The notes under the pieces are model-generated. The model was not told the DNA's origin. It did not search any database and saw only the letters and a program-made list of their open reading frames with translations. Positions 57,460 to 64,000 of a stretch of 64,000 nt of DNA are shown piece by piece. Both the position numbers and the translations under genes were made by a program. The stretch spans positions 13,485-77,484 of the forward strand of contig JBDTZG010000025.1 of assembly GCA_040005235.1 (NCBI GenBank), in the 5' to 3' direction. The stretch's first letter is position 1. The number at the start of each line of letters is the position of its first letter. The DNA comes from Acidobacteriota bacterium. GTDB taxonomy: Bacteria > Acidobacteriota > Thermoanaerobaculia > Multivoradales > UBA5704.

Positions 57460-57706
57460 GGGTGGGCGGTGGGAAAGCGCCCGCCTGATTCGGCGCTCCC
57501 TAGAGCGCTTTTCATGCAAGCCGAAGGCCCGTGTGTTCGCCGCCTAAAGGGCGCACCCGCAAAAAGAAGGACACAACGGCGGCGAAGAGCAAAGGGGAGA
57601 AGGGTACGGCTCAGGTTGACATCGCAGTGGCCTGATCCCCAATCCTTGACGTAGCAGGCTCGACGGGCGGCTGGACCCCGCCCGTCTTTTTTTGCCTTCG
57701 CCGCCG
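57460..57706 (+). ncRNA. Candidate structured small RNA ending in an intrinsic terminator
   Basis: Multiple stems; GACGGGCGG/CCGCCCGTC plus T7 at 57662-57693 on + although both neighbours are on -. Confidence 0.4.
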
Positions 57707-57751
57707 CTCGACAAGGTACCCGGTAAGGTCGTTCGGTGCAAGGGGAGGCGC

Positions 57752-57784
57752 AGGGGCCTAAAGGACGACGTCCTCTAGGCCCCT
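57752..57784 (-). terminator. Hairpin terminator for the 57811 gene
   Basis: AGGGGCCTAAAGGAC-gac-GTCCTCTAGGCCCCT. Confidence 0.55.
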
Positions 57785-57810
57785 ACCCCCGGTACTGCGG
57801 GAAGGAATCC

Positions 57811-58614
57811 TTACTCGACCGAGAAACCCGTCAACTCGACGGGGGTGGTCGGCGGAGCGTTGCCGTTCAGCGCGACGCTCACGGACCGGGTACCGCTGGG
57901 CGGAATGGTCAGGTCCCACTGGAAGGCGCCGGTGAAATCGAAGTTGGTGGTCGGCAACGTCGTGTTGTCGAAGTTCGAGACCGCCGCGTCCCCAAGCACA
58001 CCGAACACGTCGGTCGCCGTGGCGAAAGGCCTCACCAGGAAGGCATTCGCCGGTGGGTTGAAGGCCTTGTACTCGGCGGCGCCCGCGGTCGTGTCGGTGA
58101 TGCGGATGTAGTTGTTCGCGTTCAGCAGGGTCGCGTTGTCCGTTCCGGCGCTGCCGTTCACGTCGAAGTCTGCGCCATGGAACACGCTGATCACGAGCGG
58201 GTTGACCGAACTCAGGTTCGTGATCGACATCGTCAAGATCAGCTCGCCCATACCGGCGCCCGGACTCGTCAGGGCCAGCGCGTTGGAAGCGCTGAACAAA
58301 CCGCGGGTATTGACGTCCGTCCAGGTGATGGTTCCCACCGCGCCGGCGCAGGTCGTCGTGGACGGGGCCGGGAAGAAAGACTCCGCGGTGTCGCCCGAGA
58401 CCCGAAACCACCAGCCGTCTTCGAAGATGTAATCCCCGGTGCCGATCCCGGTGAGGTTCGAGGTCTGCGTGCCGTCATAGTGAGAGGTCGCCGGAATCAA
58501 GTACGTGGCGCCCCCCGCCGTGAGCGTACAAACTTGGGCGTTGGCCAATGCAGGGGCCAGCGCTGCCACCGCGAGCATGCCGGACAGAGCTAAGATCGAT
58601 CGACGATTGAGCAT
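57811..58614 (-). CDS. Secreted beta-rich protein with terminal PVELxxFxVE motif
   Basis: AGGAGA RBS, signal peptide ANA-Q, T/G/N-rich, ends TTPVELTGFSVE*. Confidence 0.8.
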   Translation of the reverse strand: MLNRRSILALSGMLAVAALAPALANAQVCTLTAGGATYLIPATSHYDGTQTSNLTGIGTGDYIFEDGWWFRVSGDTAESFFPAPSTTTCAGAVGTITWTDVNTRGLFSASNALALTSPGAGMGELILTMSITNLSSVNPLVISVFHGADFDVNGSAGTDNATLLNANNYIRITDTTAGAAEYKAFNPPANAFLVRPFATATDVFGVLGDAAVSNFDNTTLPTTNFDFTGAFQWDLTIPPSGTRSVSVALNGNAPPTTPVELTGFSVE

Positions 58615-58879
58615 TTTCAGTCTCCTTGTAGGAGTGCGCGGTTTCGAGCCATCGTTCCGAAGGCGCGCGCACTTCGGCCCTAGGTCTTTCCCCAAGTTGT
58701 TTCCCAAATCCGGGACCTATTGCGACCATCTTGCAGCAATTTTCGGGAGGTATCAAGCCTAAGTTCTTGCCTTTCCTGGAAATCTCGTCCCGCCGCCCCG
58801 AGCCGCCCCCCGAGAACCGCTAAGATAGTCCTCACGAGGAGCCTTCTCTTTGCGGGTCGAGGGATCGGAGCGCCGGCGG

Positions 58880-61093
58880 GTGATCAAAGGGCGAAGGGTA
58901 GGAGTATGGGCGGCCTGTTTGGCGGCTGGGATGGGTATCCCTTCGTTCGCTCAGGCCCCCGCCGCCGCGCCGAGGCCGCGGATCGGCTTGGTGCTCTCGG
59001 GCGGTGGGGCGCGGGGGATTGCGCACATCGGCGTACTGCAAGCGCTCGAAGAGATGCGGGTGCCGATCGATGCGATCGCGGGCACCAGCATGGGAGCGGT
59101 GGTGGGGGGCCTGTACGCCTCGGGACTAACGCCCGCCGAGATTCAGAAGGCGGTCGTCGACCTCGATTGGGGCGCCGCGTTCGACGACTCGACATCGCGC
59201 GAAAAGCTGTCGTTTCGGCGGAAGCAGGACGACCAGGGGCTGCTGTTCAATTTTCAGGTCGGCGTGCGGGACAGGCAACTTCGCGTACCGCGGGGGTTGG
59301 TCCAAGGGCAGAAGTTCAATCTGATCCTCCGCGCCCTCACCCTTGAGACGGCGACGATCCGCGACTTCGACGCGCTGCCGATCCCCTTCCGCGCCGTGGC
59401 GGCCGATCTCGGCACGGGAGACGAAGTCGTCATGGGCTCCGGCGACCTGATCCTCGCGCTTCGGGCGAGCATGGCGGTGCCAGGGGCGTTTTCGCCGGTC
59501 GAGCGCGAGGGGCGCCAGCTGATCGACGGCAGCGTCGCGGACAACCTGCCGATCGACGTCGCGCGGACCATGAGGGTCGATCGGCTGATCGTGGTCGACA
59601 TCAGCGAGCCGCTGGGCGACCCGTCTACCCTCGATTCGCCGGTCTCGATCACCAACCAGGTGTTCACGATCTTGGTCCGGAAGACGACCGAGGAGCGGAA
59701 GAAATCGCTCGGGCCGGACGACGTTCTGATGATGCCGCAGATGGACGTCGGCTCCGCCCAGTTCGATCGGGTCGACCTCGCGATCGCCGGGGGACGGCAG
59801 GCGGCCGAGGCGCTCGCCCCGCGGCTCGCCGCGCTTTCGGTCTCTGCCGAGGAGTACACGCGATGGGCGGCCCGGCACGACGAGCCGCGCGGGTCGGATC
59901 AGGACGCGATTCGCAACGGCGGGCCGCGCATCGCGAAGATCGAAGTCCGTTCGGATGGCAAAGTCTCTCCCGAGGTCATCCGCCGCCGGATGGCGACGCG
60001 AGTAGGGGAGCGGCTGAAGATCGAGACGCTCCGCTCCGACTTAAATCGGCTCTACGGCATGGGCCTGTTCGATCAGATCGGCTTCGAGCTGGAAGAAAAA
60101 GACGGGAAGACCCTGCTCGTGATCGACGCCAAGGCGAAGAGCTGGGGGCCGAATTTCCTCCGGCTGGGACTCAACCTGCGCGACGATTTTCGCGGTTCGA
60201 CCGGTTTCGATCTCGGGTTTCGTTATACCGCGACCGGAATTGACCGGCTGGGCGCCGAGTGGCGCACCGACGCCCGGTTGGGCGAGAACCAATTGATCGA
60301 GACCGAGCTGTACCAGCCGTTCGGTCCGGGCCGCTGGTTCGTGGCGCCGCGGGTTTCATATCGCCGAAAGAACCTCGCGATCGCCGAAGGGGAGAAGGTG
60401 CTCGGCTCGTTCCGGGTGGCGAGCGCGGTCGCCGGCCTCGACGTCGGGCGCGAAATCTCGGACTGGGGCGAGTTGCGCTTCGGGGTCGAGTTTGAGCGGC
60501 TGCGAGCCGAGCCGCGGGTGGGCGGCGATCTCCCGCGGATCAAGGCGCAGGACGGCCGGGGGTTCGCGCGGCTCGCGGTCGATCGGCTCGACGACTCGAG
60601 CTTTCCGCGTCACGGCTACGCGGGGTCGTTCCAGCTGGAACGGTCCTTCCCAGAGCTCGGCGCGGATTCAGGAGCGAGCATTGCCTCATTCGACGCGGAG
60701 GATGCTCTCTCGTTCGGCGGCAACACGATCGTCGGCAGCGTCTTGGCCGGCTATTCGTTCGAGGAGGGACGGGTGTTTCCCCCCTTCGCGCTCGGCGGAC
60801 TGTTCTCGCTCTCCGGCTACCGGCCCGGCGAGTTCACTGGAGACCACCTGGTTTGCGCGCGCGTCCAGGCCTATCGTCGAGCGGAAACGTTCGGACAGAA
60901 GCTCTATCTCGGCTTCTCGCTCGAAACCGGCAAGATCTGGTCCGAGCGCAGCGACCTCGGCACCGGCCCGTTACGCTTGAGCGGCAGCCTGTTCGCCGGA
61001 GCCCGCACCTACATCGGCCCGATCTATCTAGCCTACGGCCTCGGCGAGCGCGGGCGGCACAACTACTATTTCTTCTTGGGCCGGACGTTTTGA
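58880..61093 (+). CDS. Patatin-POTRA-Omp85 barrel protein (PlpD-like, type Vd)
   Basis: LSGGGARG, GTSMG, IDGS patatin motifs; POTRA; barrel ending FLGRTF; start approximate. Confidence 0.9.
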   Translation: MIKGRRVGVWAACLAAGMGIPSFAQAPAAAPRPRIGLVLSGGGARGIAHIGVLQALEEMRVPIDAIAGTSMGAVVGGLYASGLTPAEIQKAVVDLDWGAAFDDSTSREKLSFRRKQDDQGLLFNFQVGVRDRQLRVPRGLVQGQKFNLILRALTLETATIRDFDALPIPFRAVAADLGTGDEVVMGSGDLILALRASMAVPGAFSPVEREGRQLIDGSVADNLPIDVARTMRVDRLIVVDISEPLGDPSTLDSPVSITNQVFTILVRKTTEERKKSLGPDDVLMMPQMDVGSAQFDRVDLAIAGGRQAAEALAPRLAALSVSAEEYTRWAARHDEPRGSDQDAIRNGGPRIAKIEVRSDGKVSPEVIRRRMATRVGERLKIETLRSDLNRLYGMGLFDQIGFELEEKDGKTLLVIDAKAKSWGPNFLRLGLNLRDDFRGSTGFDLGFRYTATGIDRLGAEWRTDARLGENQLIETELYQPFGPGRWFVAPRVSYRRKNLAIAEGEKVLGSFRVASAVAGLDVGREISDWGELRFGVEFERLRAEPRVGGDLPRIKAQDGRGFARLAVDRLDDSSFPRHGYAGSFQLERSFPELGADSGASIASFDAEDALSFGGNTIVGSVLAGYSFEEGRVFPPFALGGLFSLSGYRPGEFTGDHLVCARVQAYRRAETFGQKLYLGFSLETGKIWSERSDLGTGPLRLSGSLFAGARTYIGPIYLAYGLGERGRHNYYFFLGRTF

Positions 61094-61106
61094 CTCGAAG
61101 CGCGAC

Positions 61107-61316
61107 TCAGCGGGATCGTTTGCCATTGCGAAGCGCCAGCACGCCTTGCGCCCAACTCTCGGCGATCGCCAGGCGTTCGCCGGGCGTGTGGGACAGCAGC
61201 CAATGGATTAGCTCGATGTCGTGGGGATCGTTTGACTCATAAGGAAGATCATCGGGGACCCGCTCCTCGGGCAAGAGGTCTTCTTCGATCTCCCAACCGT
61301 CTTCGATCTCGTTCAT
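61107..61316 (-). CDS. Small acidic protein resembling partners of nucleotidyltransferase TA modules
   Basis: DIELIHWLLSHTPGERL motif. Confidence 0.55.
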   Translation of the reverse strand: MNEIEDGWEIEEDLLPEERVPDDLPYESNDPHDIELIHWLLSHTPGERLAIAESWAQGVLALRNGKRSR

Positions 61317-61332
61317 CGGACGATCTTATCCG

Positions 61333-62271
61333 CTACTTGAGCAGCAGCGCGGCCGCGACGGCGATGGCGACCACGAGGACCACGACGACGATCCAGATCA
61401 GCTTTTTGCTGCCGCCTTGGGCGGGCAGGTGCATGGTCTGGAAATCGCGGATCTCGGAGAGCAGGCGGAGGCGGAGGTCCTCTTCGAGGCCGCCGAGCTC
61501 GGTGAGCAGGGCGGTGACGGTCGGCGGGCGTTCGTCGGGATTGCGGGAGACGCAGCGCAGGACCAGCATGTCGAGCGAGGAGGGGACCTCGCTGTTGACG
61601 CCGCTCGGCAGGCCGAAGTGGTTGCTCGGCGCGCGGCCGGTGAGCATCTCGTGGAAGATCGCGCCGGCCGAATAGAGGTCGGAGCGCACGTCCGCCTTCG
61701 CTCGTTCTTCCACCGCTTCCGGCGCCTGGTAATAGAGGGCCGAGAAGGTGATCTCGCTGGTGGCGATCGTGCCCGTGAGCGTTCCCGCCTCGGTCCGGCC
61801 GAGCCCGAAGTCGGCGATCTTCACCGTCTGCAGGTCTTCCGAGACGAATACGTTCCTCGGCGTAAGATCGCGGTGCAGCACTCCCCGCGAGTGGGCGTGC
61901 TGAAGGCCGCGGCAGATCCCTTTGAAGACGTTGATCGCCTCTTGAAGCGACAGCCGCCGCTCTTTGAGCAGGGCTTCGAGCGTCCGGCCGTTGACGAAAT
62001 CGAACGCGAGGTAGAACGTGTCTCCCTCGCGCCCGGCGCGGTAGAGCGTGAGCACGTTCGGGTGGGAAAGCGCGGCGATGGCCGCCGATTCGCGTTCGAA
62101 GCGCTCGGGATCGGCGGCGGCCGCGGCTCGCGGCGGCAGGACCTTGAGCATCACGAGCCCCGAGCCGCCGGCTCCCACGCCGGAAAACCAACGCGGTGCG
62201 CTCGCCGGTCCGGCCGGGCCGATCGCTTCGAGGACCCGGTAGGGGCCGAGGGTGCGGGGAACTTCGGTCAT
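61333..62271 (-). CDS. Membrane-anchored Ser/Thr protein kinase
   Basis: VMLK, RFERE, HPNV, HRDLTPRN, DFG, QAPE, DLYSAG; C-terminal TM. Confidence 0.9.
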   Translation of the reverse strand: MTEVPRTLGPYRVLEAIGPAGPASAPRWFSGVGAGGSGLVMLKVLPPRAAAAADPERFERESAAIAALSHPNVLTLYRAGREGDTFYLAFDFVNGRTLEALLKERRLSLQEAINVFKGICRGLQHAHSRGVLHRDLTPRNVFVSEDLQTVKIADFGLGRTEAGTLTGTIATSEITFSALYYQAPEAVEERAKADVRSDLYSAGAIFHEMLTGRAPSNHFGLPSGVNSEVPSSLDMLVLRCVSRNPDERPPTVTALLTELGGLEEDLRLRLLSEIRDFQTMHLPAQGGSKKLIWIVVVVLVVAIAVAAALLLK

Positions 62272-62290
62272 GTTCGATTCTCGGAAAAGG

Positions 62291-63577
62291 TCAGGCGCGA
62301 TCGATCTCAAAGACCAACACGGTCTCGCCGATCGCGATGCGGTCGAAAGGGCGAAGCTCGGCGGTCGAAGCGGCGCGGCCGTTGACCTTGGTGCCAAAGC
62401 TGCTGCCGAGGTCGGTGAGCAGGTAGCCGTTGTCGGTCCACTCGATCCGCAGGTGTTCCTTGCTGGCGTTCACCTCGGCGAGCGAAAGAGTGCAGGAGCG
62501 CGAACGCCCGACGGTCGCGGCTTCGGAACCCAAGGAGATCGACTTGCCGCGATCGGCGCCGTCGGCGACGAACAGCCGGGCGGGAGGCGGTCCGGGGGGC
62601 TCGTCTCCGGTATCTGTGCGCCGCGCCCGGGGAGCCAGGTGGATCATCCGCATCGGGTAGGGGATCTCGATTCCCTCGCGGCGCAGCTCCTCCCAGATCC
62701 GGAACCGCAGCTCGCTCTGAATGCGCGGTCCCTGGGCCACGTCGTCGACGAAAGTGCGGACCTCGTAGAGGATCGCTGAGTCGGCGAAATCGAGCAGGTA
62801 GATCTCGGGCGCCGGATTTTCGAGCACACCGCGGGTGCCATGCGCCGCTTCGAGCAGGGTCCGCCGCACCCGGTAGGGGGGCGCGTCGTAGTGGGCGCCG
62901 ATCACCGTCCGCACCATATGCATGGTGTGCGGGTAGTAGTAGTTCAGGATTCTTTCGTCCGCCATTCGGCCGTTCGGCAGGACGATGTCGTCGTTGTTGC
63001 GGGTGCGCAGATGGGTGGTGCGCCAGTTGATCGCGACCACCCGGCCCTCGTCGTCGCCGACCTTGATCCAGTCGTTGATCCGGTAGGGCCGCTCGGCGCT
63101 AATCACCAGGCCGGCAAAGAAATTGCCGAGAATCGGCTGGAGGGCCAAGCCGAGCACCAGCGAAGTGACCGCGCTGGTCGCGAGCAGCGGCGCGATGTCG
63201 AGCTTGGGGAACGTGATTCGCAGGGTGATCAACGCCGCGATCACGTAGACGAGCAGCATGGTCACGGCGGGCAGCATGTTCGGCAGCCGCAACCCCCGGC
63301 GCGCCGGCAGGTGGACGTCGAACAGGTAAAGACCGAGCAGCCGCAGGACTATCGCAATGAGCAGGAACGCGAGCAGCCAGTTGCGCAGCGGAACCACGGA
63401 GGGCGAAGGGGTCTGAACGATCCACAGATAGGCCTGGAGCGCCGCGACGCCCGCCCCGACGATCAGGGGAAAGGCGACCGTGCGGACCAGGAATACCTTG
63501 CGCGAGACCGCGGCGATCCCCACCACGAGGAGCGCGAACAGAGCGACGCCGCCGAACAGAGCGAGAAAGGGAAGCAT
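62291..63577 (-). CDS. Mechanosensitive channel MscS with C-terminal FHA domain
   Basis: LGLALQPILGNFFAG, INWRTT, IEIPYP, then VGRSRSC...SKEH...DLGSSFGTKVNG. Confidence 0.9.
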   Translation of the reverse strand: MLPFLALFGGVALFALLVVGIAAVSRKVFLVRTVAFPLIVGAGVAALQAYLWIVQTPSPSVVPLRNWLLAFLLIAIVLRLLGLYLFDVHLPARRGLRLPNMLPAVTMLLVYVIAALITLRITFPKLDIAPLLATSAVTSLVLGLALQPILGNFFAGLVISAERPYRINDWIKVGDDEGRVVAINWRTTHLRTRNNDDIVLPNGRMADERILNYYYPHTMHMVRTVIGAHYDAPPYRVRRTLLEAAHGTRGVLENPAPEIYLLDFADSAILYEVRTFVDDVAQGPRIQSELRFRIWEELRREGIEIPYPMRMIHLAPRARRTDTGDEPPGPPPARLFVADGADRGKSISLGSEAATVGRSRSCTLSLAEVNASKEHLRIEWTDNGYLLTDLGSSFGTKVNGRAASTAELRPFDRIAIGETVLVFEIDRA

Positions 63578-63647
63578 GGTCGGGGGAGATTCTAGCGTGA
63601 AGCGGGGCCGCGGGCCGCTGTGCCTCACCCAGACCGATGGCCCGGTC

Positions 63648-64000
63648 CTACGCGCTCCGCGCCACCTCCGACCGCCGGAAGCATGAGAGCAGGTGGTCGT
63701 TCACTACCCCCACGGCCTGAAGGTAGGCGTAGATGATCGTCGGGCCGACGAAGCGGAAGCCGCGGCGCTTGAGATCTTTGGAGATCTGCTCGGCGAGGAG
63801 GGTCTGGGCGGGCACGTCTTTGAGAGTCTCGCGCGTGCTCTGGACCGGTTTGCCGTCCACGAAGCTCCAGAGGTAGGCGGCGAATGACCCCTTTTCCTTC
63901 TGCACCGCGAGAAACGCCCGGGCGTTGTCGATCGTCGATTCGACCTTCAGCCGGTTGCGCACGATCCCGGGATCGGCCAAAAGACGCTCCACGTCCTCCG
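63648..64000 (-). CDS. tag: DNA-3-methyladenine glycosylase I (5' end outside window)
   Basis: GIVRNRLK, NARA, SKDLKRRGFRFVGPTIIYAYLQAVGVVNDH. Confidence 0.92.
   Translation of the reverse strand, partial: EDVERLLADPGIVRNRLKVESTIDNARAFLAVQKEKGSFAAYLWSFVDGKPVQSTRETLKDVPAQTLLAEQISKDLKRRGFRFVGPTIIYAYLQAVGVVNDHLLSCFRRSEVARSA

Noticed and set aside
57548-57580. c-di-GMP-I riboswitch-like string GGGCGCACCCGCAAAAAGAAGGACACAA
   Set aside because: Key GCAAAC/GAAA/GACGCAAAGC elements are degenerate and there is no downstream + strand gene

Overview
GC-rich bacterial chromosomal window. Gene families (Acidobacterial-type VWA protein, exosortase H with an IPTL-CTERM-like substrate, ELWxxDGT protein, BlaR1/BlaI) suggest Acidobacteriota, probably Thermoanaerobaculia; this is inference. 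It holds about 50 genes. Housekeeping and metabolic genes: DHH-CBS tRNA nucleotidyltransferase, rsmD, pyrR-pyrB-pyrC, pyrF, tag, cphB-cphA cyanophycin genes, DDAH. Envelope and secreted proteins: ABC-permease/M1 peptidase fusion, SPFH pair, TonB receptor, amidase, PlpD-like patatin autotransporter, P460/multiheme cytochrome. There are also regulators and small TA modules. I saw no rRNA, tRNA, CRISPR array, transposase or integrase. Most interesting observations: (1) a secreted Cys-loop peptide gene (GTCIDPNG) directly upstream of a Zn-finger/TPR protein, a candidate peptide-signalling pair; (2) an in-frame SerA-like dehydrogenase::D-Ala-D-Ala ligase fusion; (3) an MscS-FHA channel co-transcribed with a membrane Ser/Thr kinase; (4) a non-coding array of TGTRCA-like motifs phased at exactly 21 bp; (5) two gene fragments (GNAT toxin, REase-NB-ARC) bracketed by palindromic REP-like elements; (6) an M13 peptidase with HDxxH in place of HExxH; (7) an orphan-terminator structured RNA candidate; (8) widespread leaderless promoters, including a blaI promoter with twin operators.
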